Notes under the pieces: model-generated
The model's database searches: none
Told to the model about the DNA's origin: nothing
The model's input: the letters and a program-made list of their open reading frames with translations, nothing else
Part shown: one piece after another, positions 1 through 11,239 of the stretch
How the letters are laid out: each line of letters begins with the position of its first letter
Position numbering within the stretch: the first letter of the stretch is position 1
Source of the DNA: Octopus bimaculoides
Lineage: Eukaryota
Assembly (NCBI RefSeq): GCF_001194135.2
Contig: NC_068991.1
Coordinates: forward strand, 67,491,212-67,545,901
DNA length: 54,690 nucleotides
Reading direction: 5' to 3'
Position numbers and translations under genes: made by a program

Positions 1-47
1 AAAAAAAAAAGATAAAGAAAGAAAAGAAAATCTCTATTATATTGCAG

Positions 48-220
48 ATGTAAGTTTTGGCATTATCCCGAAGAAATAAAACTGCCATCAGCAAGTGTGG
101 TTATAGTGTTCCATGATGAATGTTTGTCCCCACTTCTGAGGACCATCCACAGCGTTATTGCTACGTCTCCATCAGCTTTACTCAAGGAGGTTATCTTGAT
201 TGATGCTAACAGTAATAAAG
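48..220 (+). CDS. GALNT7-like: GALNT7-like polypeptide N-acetylgalactosaminyltransferase, first in-window exon (GT-A domain start)
   Basis: ttgcag acceptor and AG|GT donor at 221. Translates [57 protein letters not shown], matching the GalNAc-T pattern CKxWx[23 protein letters not shown]. Missed by the ORF track. Confidence 0.93.
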
Positions 221-409
221 GTTAGCTTCCTGTATTTTGTGTATATATATATATATATGTGTATGTATGTAATTACACACAGAGTCTGTGTGTGTGTTAG
301 TATGCATGCATGTATGTATGTATGTATGTGTGTATATTCACTGCATGATGACCTTTGCTGACTGGTGTAGTTAATGTAGTTAGTGCTGCAATTTCTTTTC
401 TTTTATTTC

Positions 410-1050
410 TTTTACGTCCTTTCAAAGCCTAGCCAGGCTCATGGGCCCGGTTGGACGATTTGACTGAGGACTGGTGCAGCCCAAAGGCTACACCAGGCTC
501 CAATCTGATTTGGCAGAGTTTCTACAGCTGGATGCCCTTCCTAACGCCAACCACTCTGAGAGTGTAGTAGGTGCTTTTACGTGTCACCCGCATGAAGGCC
601 AGTCAGGCGATACTGGCAACGGCCACGCTCAAGATGGTGTATTTTATGTGCCACCCGCACAAGAGCCAGTCCAGGGGCACTGGCAACGATCTCACTCGAA
701 AGTCCTTACACATGCTACAGGCACAAGTGCCAGACAGGTGACGCTGGGCACAGGTGCCATCCCGATTTCGCTTTTGCTTGCCCCAATAAGTCTTTGCAAG
801 CTGAGTTTCGTGTCCAATAAAGCAGACGACGTTGGCACGGGTGCCAGTCATCGAATTTAGTTCGATTTCGATTTCACTTGCCTCNNNNNNNNNNNNNNNN
901 NNNNNNNNNNNNNNNNNNNNNNNNNNNNNNNNNNNNNNNNNNNNNNNNNNNNNNGTTTAGTGTCCAATGAAGGAAAGGTATGCATAAGTGGGCTGGCTAC
1001 ACCCCTGGCAGAGGCCTTGGATTTAGGTCTCACTTGGTCTGCCTGGTTTC
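410..1050 (-). mobile_element. Family B copy
   Basis: Reverse complement of 8330-9090; explains ORFs 474-860 and 603-851. Confidence 0.75.
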
Positions 1051-1306
1051 TATGGCGTATGTGTTCCCCCCAGCTGGACGGGACGCCAGTCCATCGCAGC
1101 GTTACTTAAGAAACAGGAAGAAAGAGTGAGAGAAAGTTGGGGCGAAAGAGTACAGCAGGGGTCGCCACCACCCCTTGCTGGAGCCTCGTGGAGCTTTTAG
1201 GTGTTTGCACTCAATAAACACTCATAACGCTCGGCCTGGGAATCAAAACCGTGATCCTCCAACCGCGAGTCTGCTGCCCTAACCACTGGGCCATTGCGCC
1301 TCCACA
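1050..1306 (-). mobile_element. SINE family C partial/variant copy
   Basis: Reverse complement of the tRNA-like head plus about 200 bp of body shared with 7490-7873. Confidence 0.75.
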
Positions 1307-1629
1307 GTGCTGCAATTTAGCTAAATTAAATCACAACGAGCAACTGCTTTGACTAAATTAGCTAAATTAAGGCGATGAGCTGGCAGAATTGTTAACACTG
1401 GGTAAAATACTTAATAACATTTTGCCCGTCTTTACATTCTGAATTCAAATTCCACCAAAGTTGACTTTAGTTCAAGCCATGCCAGCATGGTAAATGGATA
1501 TTAAATGAGAGCAATGATGAAACTGCCAGAGTTCTTCCAGTTTCTATGCTGATATCTCTTTCATTCAAAATTCTTGCATTTAACTAAGTGGATAATTCTT
1601 ATCATCGTTTTTTGGTACACTCTTTTTAC

Positions 1630-2030
1630 TCTTTACTCTTTTACTTGTTTCAGTCATTTGACTGTGGCCATGCTGGAGCACCGCCTTTAGTCGAGCAAAT
1701 CGACCCCAGGACTTATTCTTTGGAAACCTAGTACTTATTCTATTGGTCTCTTTTTGCCGAACCGCTAAGTTACGGGGACGTAAACACACCAGCATCAGTT
1801 GTCAAGCGATGTTGTGGGGAGGGGGGACAAACACAGACACACAAACATATACACATACATATGTATATACATATATACGACGGGCTTCTTTCAGTTTTCC
1901 GTCTACCAAATCCACTCACAAGGCTTTGGTTGGCCCGAGGCTATAGTAGAAGACACTTGCCCAAGGTGCCATGCAGTGTGACTGAACCCAGAACCATGTG
2001 GTTGGTAAGTAAGCTACTTACCACACACCC
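1630..2030 (-). mobile_element. tRNA-derived SINE family A (CORE-like segment, internal CA/TA microsatellite)
   Basis: Minus-strand head TGTGGTAAGTAGCTT...GGTTCAGTCACACTGCATGGCACCTTGGGCAAGTG; near-identical copies elsewhere in the window. Confidence 0.85.
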
Positions 2031-2189
2031 ATGCCAGTACCTCTGTCAATCATTCCTCTATCTCCACCTTACATGTTCAATTAAAAAGTACGAAGCCCTC
2101 TCTTGTTACTTCAGATCAACAAAAGTGACTGATTTCTTCAATTTTAGACCAAATTTCTAATTCTAATTTTCTAACCTGTTTTATTTCAG

Positions 2190-2400
2190 AAAATTTTACA
2201 ACAGATCTCGTAGAATATATAGAAAACAATTTTAATGACAAAGTGATGCTATCTCATAGCAGCAAGAAAGAAAGTTTGATTCATTTGAAGACAATTGGTG
2301 TTAAATATGCATCTGGAGATGTCATAGTATTTATGGATGCTCCTTGTGAATGTGGTCAGAACTGGTTGGTACCACTTTTAGCCCTGATAGCAACTAACAG
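2190..2400 (+). CDS. GALNT7-like: GALNT7-like exon 2 (DxH region)
   Basis: tttcag acceptor, GT at 2401, phase fits neighbours. ENFTTDLVEYIENNFNDKVMLSHSSKKESLIHLKTIGVKYASGDVIVFMDAPCECGQNWLVPLLALIATNR aligns to G.VIVFLDAHCE...NWL.PLL. Confidence 0.93.
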
Positions 2401-3019
2401 GTAGTGTTATTAATTGTTCAAAAGATGTTTCAATAAAAATAATATCATGAAAAACAACAACAAAGTCATTTTCTTAGAAATGTCTGGCTCCCATTTAAAG
2501 GACTTTTATGATATTGAAAAGGGTTGCTTTTGCAGATTTAACACTTATAGAATCAAAAGGGACCATTCAAGGGTCATTAAGAATTCCTCCATATGGCTGC
2601 TTAGCCTGCAAGAAATAGCAGCAAATACTTCCTCAAATTAAATAATTTCCTTTCTTAATAAAGAAAACATAAACTACATCTAACACATGTTAGACATAGA
2701 TCTTATATATAAAAGCTGGAAACAAACAAACAAACAAACAAAAAAAGGTAGATTGAGGCTGGAATGCTGCTGATTACAGGTGTGTTGATCAAAAAGACCA
2801 AGTGACAGAGTCACTAGAGCTTTAGATTGAATGCTTTGCAATATTCAGTCCAACCCTGGCAGAAACGTTAGCTGGCAGAAATGTTAGTACACCGAGCGAA
2901 ATGCTTTGCGGTATTTTGTCTGTCTTTACGTTTTGAGTTCAAATTCTGCTGAGGTCGACAATGACTGAAACAAGCAATAAAAGGTAAAAGATAAGGTACA
3001 CCAGGGTAGACAGGAGAGA

Positions 3020-3331
3020 TATCATCATCATCACCACCACCACCATCATCGTCATCATCATTATCACCACCACCACCATCATCGTCATCATCATTATCAC
3101 CACCACCACCATCATCGTCATCATCATCATCATCATCATCATCGTCATCACCACCACCACCATCATCGTCATCATCATCATCATCATCGTCATCGTCATC
3201 ATCATCACCACTACCACCACCACCACCACCACCATCATTGTCATCGTCATCGTCATCGTCACCACCACCACCACCACCGCCACTGCCACTGTCATCGTCA
3301 TGGTCGTCGTCGTCATCATCATCATCATCAT
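3020..3331. repeat. Compound (CAT)/(CAC)/(CGT) trinucleotide microsatellite
   Basis: Direct reading; produces spurious poly-D/G, poly-M/V and poly-S/P ORFs. Confidence 0.95.
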
Positions 3332-3537
3332 TTAACATCTGTTGTCCATGCTGGCATGGGTTGGACAGTTTGACCAGGGCTGGCGAGCTGGAAGACTGCA
3401 GCAGACTCCAGTCTGATTTGGCAGGGTTTCTACTCCTGCATGTCTTCCCTAAAGCCAACCACTCCGAGAGAATAATGGGTGCTTTTACGTGCCACCGGCA
3501 TGGCTGCCATTTGCATGACACCAGTATCTGCCACTCT

Positions 3538-3764
3538 TTACTCTTTTACTCTTTAACTTGCTTCAGTCATTTGACTGTGGCCATGCTGGAGCACCGCCTT
3601 TTAGTCGAGCTAATCGACCCCAGGGTTTATTCTTTGTAAGCCTAGTACTTATTCTATTGGTCTCTTTAGCCGAACAGTTAAGTTACGGGGATGTAAACAC
3701 ATCAGCATCGGTTGTCAAGCGATGTTGGAGGGACAAACACAGACACACAAACATATACACACAC

Positions 3765-3798
<34 letters not shown>

Positions 3799-4090
3799 CT
3801 ATATATATNNNNNNNNNNNNNNNNNNNNNNNNNNNNNNNNNNNNNNNNNNNNNNNNNNNNNNNNNNNNNNNNNNNNNNNNNNNNNNNNNNNNATATATAT
3901 ATATATATATACACATATAGATATACATATATACGACGGGCTTCTTTCAGTTTCCATCTACCAAATCCACTCACAAGGCTTTGGTCGGCCCGAGGCTATA
4001 GTAGAAGACACTTGCCCAAGGTGTCACATAGTGGAACTGAACTCGGAACCATGTGGTTCGTAAGCAAGCTACTTACTACACAGCCACTCC
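3538..4090 (-). mobile_element. SINE family A copy
   Basis: Same sequence as 1630-2030; N gap in the internal (TA)n. Confidence 0.85.
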
Positions 4091-4214
4091 TACGCCACAG
4101 ATATGTCTTATATATTTTACAAGATCCTAATTAGGAAGAATATTGTAATGTCACTATATATCTCTTATTGCATAACCCATTTATGGATATTGTCGCACTT
4201 TGAAATATTCTCTT

Positions 4215-4742
4215 CTAGACTAGGCACAAGGCCTGAGATTTTGGGGGAAGGGGCTAGTCGATTAGATTGACCCCAATACAAAACCGGTACTTAATTTATC
4301 AACTCCGAAAGGATGAAAGGCAAAGTCAACCCTGGCGGAATTTGAACTCAGAACATAAAGACAGATGAAATACCATTAAGTTTTTCACCTGGTATGCCAA
4401 CGTTTCTGCCAACTTGCCGCCTTACCCAACAAAGTATTAATTATTCTTTTCTTTTCTAATCTAGGCACAAGGCCCGAAAATTTTGGGGGAGGGAACCAGT
4501 TGATTAGATCAACCCCAGTATACAACTGGTACTTAATTTATCGACCCTGGCGGAATTTGAACTCAGAACGTAAAAACAGATGACATACCGCTAAGCATTT
4601 CACCTGGCATGCTAACGTTTTTGCCAGCTCAACACCTTTAAAAGGATGAAAGGCAAATTTGACTTCGGTGGAATTTGAACTCAGAATGTAAAAACTAACG
4701 AAATGCCGTTAAGTTAAAAATTCTGCCAGCTCATTGCCCCTC
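4215..4742 (-). mobile_element. Cluster of tRNA-derived SINE family D copies
   Basis: Repeated GGTACTTAATTTATCGACCCCGAAAGGATGAAAGGCAAAGTCAACC..GGCGGAATTTGAACTC; further copies at about 2830-2985, 5870-6000, 6081-6290, 6930-7080 and 7190-7370. Confidence 0.75.
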
Positions 4743-4823
4743 ACACTTTGAAATATTAATATACTGTACATTATTTACATTATTTACATTTGATGGATAT
4801 TTGTCCTCATCTTGTTTCTTGTT

Positions 4824-4869
4824 AACACAACGTTTCAGCTGATATACCCTCCTGCCTTCATCAGGTGTC
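4824..4869 (-). ncRNA. Hammerhead ribozyme motif, family 1, weakened stem II
   Basis: Reverse complement GACACCUGAUGAAGGCAGGAGGGUAUAUCAGCUGAAACGUUGUGUU; core intact, one A-A mismatch and one G-U pair in stem II. Confidence 0.65.
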
Positions 4870-4924
4870 TTGGGGAAATTTCAAACCTGGGTTCTCATTC
4901 CTAAGGTATTTTTCGATGTTATTA

Positions 4925-4978
<54 letters not shown>

Positions 4979-5221
4979 TCACTGCCTGGAATCGAACTTG
5001 GAATCTTGGGGTTAGTAGCCCGCGCTCNNNNNNNNNNNNNNNNNNNNNNNNNNNNNNNNNNNNNNNNNNNNNNNNNNNNNNNNNNNNNNNNNNNNNNNNN
5101 NNNNNNNNNNNNNNNNNNNNNNNNNNNNNNNNNNNNNNNNNNNNNNNNNNNNNNNNNNNNNNNNNNNNNNNNNNNNNNNNNNNNNNNNNNNNNNNNNNNN
5201 NNNNNNNNNNNNNNNNNNNNN

Positions 5222-5430
5222 TACATAACAAAAACACCAGGACTTACAAATATATATAACATACAGAAAATTGCACTACTGGGCACTGCACACATCCTAC
5301 GCAAAACACTTTCAATACAGTAACCATAAGAGCATCACAGCAAACCACAGCACATACCCAAGGCACACAGAACTGCGCTCGGTAGTGAAGTGAAAGCATG
5401 CTATAAAAATAAAATTAATGAATAATAATA
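5222..5430 (+). mobile_element. 3' end of an R4/Dong-type (RLE) non-LTR retrotransposon
   Basis: ITKTPGLTNIYNIQKIALLGTAHILRKTLSIQ* is the QK.xLLGT..ILR.xL C-terminus of R4/Dong ORFs; followed by a 3' UTR ending in TAA repeats. Confidence 0.75.
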
Positions 5431-5480
5431 ACATCGGAAAATACCTTAGGAATGAGAACCCAGGTTCGAAATTTCCCCAA

Positions 5481-5523
5481 GACACCTGATGAAGGCTGGA
5501 GGGTATATCAGCTGAAACGTGTT
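5481..5523 (+). ncRNA. Hammerhead ribozyme motif, family 1, probably inactive
   Basis: CUGAUGA...GAAAC present, but a 3-nt deletion relative to the other copies removes the NUH site and stem I 3' strand. Confidence 0.55.
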
Positions 5524-5618
5524 AACAACAAACAAGATGAGGACAAATATCCGTCAAATGTAAATAATGTAAATAATTGTGATTTTATGTAGTTGTTTTC
5601 TTTTTTATTTCTTTGCAG

Positions 5619-5789
5619 AACCATTGTGGCATCTCCAATTGCTAATGCAATTGACTGGGAAACTTTTGCTTACCAGACAAATTCTAGGGAGAAACATCGT
5701 GGTATTTTTGAATGGGGGCTTCTTTATAAAGAGAGTAAAGTGCCAGAAATGGAACTGAAGAGAAGAGAGTACAATAGTGAACCCTATAG
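5619..5789 (+). CDS. GALNT7-like: GALNT7-like exon 3
   Basis: ttgcag/GT boundaries. TIVASPIANAIDWETFAYQTNSREKHRGIFEWGLLYKESKVPEMELKRREYNSEPY; RGIFEWG(L/M)LYKE is typical of the GALNT7/pgant7 subfamily. Confidence 0.93.
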
Positions 5790-6425
5790 GTATCAACTTT
5801 CTTCAAATAACTATTTATTCTCAATTTGATAATAATTGTTTCCTAAAATAAGCATAAAGTCACATATCTTTTGCAAGGCAAGGTACTGCCAATTTACATT
5901 GACTCCAGTGATTAACTGGTACTTATTTGATCCAGTCCCAGAAAAATGAAAGACCAATTTGGCGTTGGCTAGTTTTGAACTCAGAATATAAAGAAAACTG
6001 GAACATATTTTCCAATACATTTTGTTCATTGTATAAATGATTCTACTAATTCACTGCCCTTAATAATAATCCTTTCTACAATAGGCACAAGGCCTTGAAT
6101 TTGTGGGGAAGGGGATAGTCGATTAGATCGACCCCAGTACTTGGCTGGTACTTAATTTATCGACCCCGAAAGCATGAAAGGCAAAGTCAACCTTGGCGGA
6201 ATTTGAACTCAGAATGTAGTGGCAGACAAAATACTGCTAAGCATTTCGCCTGGCGTGCTAGTGATTCTGCCAGCTTGCTGCCTTAAAGACAGACCATAAT
6301 GAATCAATGAACTGCCCTTAATAATAATGGTTTCAAATTTTTGCACAGGATCAACAATTTTTGAGGAGAGCTGGAAGTCAATTATATTGACCCCCAATAC
6401 TCAACTGGTACTTATTGTATCGACT

Positions 6426-6811
6426 CTTTTACTTGTTTCAGTCATTTGACTGCGGCCATGCTGGGGCACCACCTTTAGTCGAGCAAATCGACCCCAGGAC
6501 TTATTCTTTGTAAGCTTAGTACTTATTCTATTGGTCTCTTTTTGCTGAACCGCCAAGTTACGGGGACGCAAACACACCAGCATCGGTCGTCAAGCGAAGC
6601 TGGGGGGACAAACACAGACACACATACATACATATATATATATATATACATATGTATGATGGGCTTCTTTCAGTTTTCGTCTACCAAATCCACTCACAAG
6701 GCTTTGGTCGGCCCGAGGCTATAGTAGAAGACACTTGCCCAAGGTGCCACGCAGTGGGACTGAACCCAGAACCATGTGGTTGGTAAGCAAGCTACTTACC
6801 ACACAGCCACG
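6426..6811 (-). mobile_element. SINE family A copy nested in a family D copy
   Basis: Family D sequence is interrupted at about 6425 and resumes at about 6812. Confidence 0.8.
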
Positions 6812-7489
6812 TAAAGATGACCTAGGAGGAATTTGAGCTCAAGGCATAGAGATGGACAAACTGCTACTAAGTGTGGTAATGATCCTGCCAGTTCGTTGTC
6901 TTAATAACAATAATGGCTTCAAATTTTGGCACAAAGCCAGAAATTCTGGGTGATGAGTCAAGTTGATTACATCAAACTCCAAAGCTCAATTGGTACTTAT
7001 TTTATTAACCCTGGAAGGATGAAAAAGCAAAGTTTACCTCGGCAGAATTTTAACTCAGTTGTTAGAAAAAGTTTGTCTGCTCAGCATGGCCAGAACCAAC
7101 AAAACATGTGGTACCATGGGCAGCAGGTAACAAGCCTGCTACTTCTACGAAATTCCAGGAATCTAACAAAACCTGAGTTAAAAGAATATAATAATGGCTT
7201 CAAATTTCGGCAAAACTGGGACAGGTTGATTGATATCATTGGTCCCAATATTTGACTGGCAATATAGTTTGGTGGCCCCCTGAAGAAGGATAGGCAAATT
7301 TGACCTTAGTCTCATTTGAACCACAGAAAGTAAAGAGCCAAATGAAATACTCCGAAGCATGTCTATCGATGTTCTTCTCACAATAAGTTTAAACATAAGC
7401 ATGGCTTAGCACAGGCAAGGCTATCTGCATGCATGGTTGTTAATAAGTTTGCTCTCCAACCATGTAGCTTTGGGTTTAGTCTTGGAAAA

Positions 7490-7873
7490 GTGGAGGCACA
7501 ATGGCCCAATGGTTAGGGCAGCGGACTCGCGGTCGTAAGATCGCGGTTTCAATTCCCAGACCGGGTGTTGTGAGTGTTTATTGAGCGAAAACACTTAAAA
7601 GCTCCACGAGACTCTGGCAGGGGATGGTGGCGAACCCTGCTGTACTCTTCCACCACAACTTTCTCTCACTCTTACTTCCTGTTTCTGTTGTACCTGTAAT
7701 TCAAAGGGTCAGCCTTGTCACACTGTGTCACGCTGAATCTCCCCGAGAACTACGTTAAGGGTACACATGTCTGTGGAGTGCTCAGCCACTTGCATGTTAA
7801 TTTCACGTGCAGGCTGTTCTGTTGATCAGATCAACTGGAACCCACATCGTCATAAGCGACGGAGTGCCAACAA
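7490..7873 (+). mobile_element. tRNA(Arg)-like-headed SINE family C with 10-bp TSD
   Basis: GTGGAGGCACAATGGCCCAATGGTTAGGGCAGCGGACTCGCGGTCG head (TCG anticodon-like, A/B boxes); TSD TCTTGGAAAA at 7480-7489 and 7874-7883. Confidence 0.85.
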
Positions 7874-8329
7874 TCTTGGAAAAATATTTTCTGCTGTAGT
7901 CCCTAGCTGACCAAAGTCTTTTAGTAGACAGAAACTACACTACTGCAGTATTCAGAATGGAAGGAGGTTATATTATAACATGAGATCACATGATCGACTG
8001 AACTATTGGATGTTGTTAAACATCACTAGTCACAGTGCACTTTGCATCATCTTAGCTTTTGAATGATGCTACCCTGATGGCTAGGCAAGAAGGCCAATAT
8101 TCCACCTGGCTGTAAGGCTACTCCATTGTAGGCTTACCCATTTACAGCTGAATGGATCGGAGCAACTGGAAACGAAGTGTCTTGCTCAAGAACACATTGT
8201 GCTCTTTGTCCTGAAATCATACCCACAATCTAGTGACCATGAGTGCAAAGTCCCAACCGCTAGGCTGTGAACCTTCAGATAATAACACAAGGAAGGTCAT
8301 TTTTGCTGGGTCATATCCGAGGCAATGAC

Positions 8330-9090
8330 TTCTGACTGAGACCTTTGGAAATATGCTGTGTGTGAGAAGACCTGGCAAGCCAAGTGAGACCATAATCCGT
8401 GGCCTCTGCCAGGGGTGTAGCCAGCCCACTTATGTGTACCTTCCTTCATTGGACATTAAACTCCACTTGCGAAGACCTGTTGAAGCAAGTGAAATTGAAA
8501 TCAAATTCGATGACTGGCACCCATGCCAACATCGTCTCCTTCTTTGGACACGAAACTCGGCCTCCAAAGACCTGTTGGGGCAAGCGAAAGCGAAATCGTG
8601 ATGACACCTGTGCCTAGTGTCGCCTTCCTGGCACTTGTGCCAGTGGCACATGTAAAGACATTCGAGCGAGATCGTTGCCAGTGCAACGCTGGACTGGCTC
8701 TTGTGCAGGTCGCACGTAAAATACACCATTTCGAGTGTGGCCGTTGCCAGTACAGCCTGACTGGCTTTCGTGCCGGTGGCACGTAAAAGCACCCACTACA
8801 CTCTCTGAGTGGTTGGCGTTAGGAAGGGCATCCAGCTGTNNNNNNNNNNACCATTTCGAGTGTGGCCGTTGCCAGTACAGCCTGACTGGCTTTCGTGCCG
8901 GTGGCACGTAAAAGCACCCACTACACTCTCTGAGTGGTTGGCGTTAGGAAGGGCATCCAGCTGTAGAAACTCTGCCAAATCAGATTGGAGCCTGGTGTAG
9001 CCATCTGGTTTTCACCAGTCCTCAGTCAAATCGTCCAACCCATGCCAGCATGGAAAGCGGACGTTAAACAACGATGATGATGATGATGAT
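8330..9090 (+). mobile_element. (GAT)n-tailed repeat family B (RTE-type 3' end), long copy
   Basis: ...GGCGTTAGGAAGGGCATCCAGCTGTAGAAACTCTGCC...GCATGGAAAGCGGACGTTAAAC(GAT)n. Assignment to an RTE tail is inference from the microsatellite tail. Confidence 0.7.
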
Positions 9091-9327
9091 ATCTGAGGCC
9101 TGTTTTTTTTTTTTTTTTACTACCCTAAAACCATATATATTTTTTTATCCTTTTGTTAGGAAGGAGGGGCAGTAACCATGGCTTTTCACCTCTTCCTCTT
9201 CATGCCACCACCACCACCACCACCACTACCGTTTTCCTCTCCCCTATCCTTACCCTTGCTGTTTAAATATCTGCTGTTGATAATGTCTTGTTTCATGATG
9301 TAAATCTTGTTGTTTACTGGTGTCCAG

Positions 9328-9445
9328 TTCTCCAATCCTTGCAGGTGGTTTGTTTGCTATAGACAGGGAATATTTCTTTGAACTTGGAGGTTATGACCCA
9401 GGACTTCAGTCACGGGGAGGAGAGAATTTTGAATTGTCTTTCAAG
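9328..9445 (+). CDS. GALNT7-like: GALNT7-like exon 4 (Gal/GalNAc-T motif)
   Basis: gtccag acceptor, AAG|GTAAGT donor. [39 protein letters not shown]. Confidence 0.95.
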
Positions 9446-9475
9446 GTAAGTATTTCTATCAGAAACAAACACACT

Positions 9476-9522
<47 letters not shown>

Positions 9523-9542
9523 CACGCATGCACGCACGCATG

Positions 9543-9576
<34 letters not shown>

Positions 9577-9812
9577 TATTATATATATATATACATATAT
9601 AAACATAATTAAGGGATCAGCAACAGTTGCTTCACCACATACCGAAGTTCAGAAATAGCAGCTAAAATGCTGAGACTCCAACAGATAGCATTACTTACCC
9701 TTTTAATTGTAATAATTATATATATATAAATAAGGATAAGATCGATATTTAAATATCAATTTTATCAAGTGGCCAGCATGGGAATAAAAACCATCAGAGG
9801 TAGCAATTATTT

Positions 9813-10030
9813 AAAATTATAGTTTAGGGTATCTAAGAGATACTGCTATGCTGAAAATAGCAGTCAAATCTTGACTCTAAACCACAATGAATGTTCATAT
9901 GGCACCAGTTTATTTCGTTTCTTCGTCTTCGCTCCTGGTGCCATATGAACATTTATTGTGGTTTAGAGTCAAGATTTGACTGCTATTTTCAGCGTGGCAG
10001 TATCTCTTAGATACCCTAAATTATAATTTT
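9813..10030. repeat. Fold-back palindrome, 96-bp arms, 26-nt loop
   Basis: 9813-9908 vs 9935-10030: 4 mismatches, all transitions; followed by (TA)n. Confidence 0.88.
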
Positions 10031-10926
10031 ATATATATATAGAAAGAGAAAGAGAGTTTAAAGATCTAGTAGAGCTAGAATCAAGAAAAAGAGTATTCCA
10101 TGCAGTGAGAGATTAATATCAATTTAAATACACAACTGAAAGAGCAACTCATAGTTTCATGCTTTTATGATACTTGAACAGGCACAAAGGATTGCTTTAA
10201 GATACATGGCGTATCGAAATCTTTTACGAAATCTTTTATCAGGACATTACTAACGATTTTTAGGAATTTTTTTTTCTAGTGTGTGTATATATACATGTAT
10301 GTATGTATGTATGTATGTATGTTATCAATCAGTTTCATTTCTGTATTTCTTGTCCATAGAGAAAAAGCTGGACTCTAACATATATTCAAGGCTCCGCCAT
10401 TGGAACTTTTATCAACATCATCTAGGTATTTGACTTAGATAATGGAAGCTATTGACTACCTTGTGCTTACCCCACTAGAATTTGATGGAATCTATTTTCT
10501 ATACGTATATACTTATATATATATGAACTGTCAGTTGTTATTTTATGCATAAAATATACATGTGTAACACAGATGTACATATGTAACACATGTATGTACA
10601 TATGTAATACATGTATGTAGCTGTGCATGCATGAATACACACACAGGTGCACACACATACATGTGCGCGCGCGCAAACACTCTCACACATGTACATATGT
10701 ACACAAGCATGGTATGGTTATCCAACTTCTTTAAAGGACAATCACTCTAAATAAGGCTTGACATGGCCCATGACAGCCTCTGCAATCCTGACTAGCATGG
10801 AAAGCAGATGTGAAATGAGTATGTTGATGCTGCTGCTGCTGACGATGATGATGATGATGATGATGATGATATTATATAAAATGCATGGTTGTCTAAAATC
10901 GATTGTATCCTTGTTTTCTTTTCCAG

Positions 10927-11037
10927 ATATGGCAGTGTGGAGGCAGCATAAAGTGGGTCCCATGTTCACATGTTGCACGCATCCATCGATCATCCATGTT
11001 TTTAGGTGCCTCCCAAGATCTCAGTGTTCTTGCTATG
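10927..11037 (+). CDS. GALNT7-like: GALNT7-like exon 5
   Basis: ttccag acceptor. IWQCGGSIKWVPCSHVARIHRSSMFLGASQDLSVLAM. The donor ATG|GTTTGT was chosen because it gives phase 0 into the next exon; the 3' boundary is less certain. Confidence 0.88.
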
Positions 11038-11239
11038 GTTTGTATCTGTTATTGTAGATAAACATTACTGTTTAGTTCCAGTGAAAAACTGGGGTTAATT
11101 TGATCAGCCATAATGTCCCTCCTTCTATACCAGTGACAATGGTAGAAACTAATATTTAAAGACAGTGCAGTAAACTGCATATTTTATTCATAAACATCAA
11201 TTTCTAATTGTTTGCAAATAACGTTTATCATCGTGATTG

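Larger units (their letters stand above)
4775..5590. mobile_element. Composite repeat, locus 1: hammerhead unit (-), (TTA)n, tRNA-like head (-), gap, Dong 3' end, hammerhead unit (+)
   Basis: 4775-4920 and about 5430-5580 are inverted copies of the same ~150-bp unit. 4973-5027 is a tRNA-like segment with a B box (GTTCGATTCC on the minus strand). Confidence 0.7.

Noticed and set aside
474-860. Recurrent ORFs of the type AEFLQLDALPNANHSESVVGAF or MLVCLRPRNLAV
   Set aside because: The same peptides recur at many loci because they are translations of SINE/family B repeats.
2868-3521. 217-aa and overlapping ORFs rich in D/G, M/V or S/P
   Set aside because: Translations of a trinucleotide microsatellite plus flanking repeats; no splice or homology support.
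7490-7570. tRNA-Arg-like sequence (and similar heads at about 20563-20645, 31800-31884, 43170-43250)
   Set aside because: No acceptor-stem closure, and each continues into a shared repeat body; these are SINE heads, not tRNA genes.
8725-8964. 115-bp direct duplication (8725-8839 and 8850-8964)
   Set aside because: The copies flank a 10-N gap and are identical: an unmerged contig overlap, not biology.
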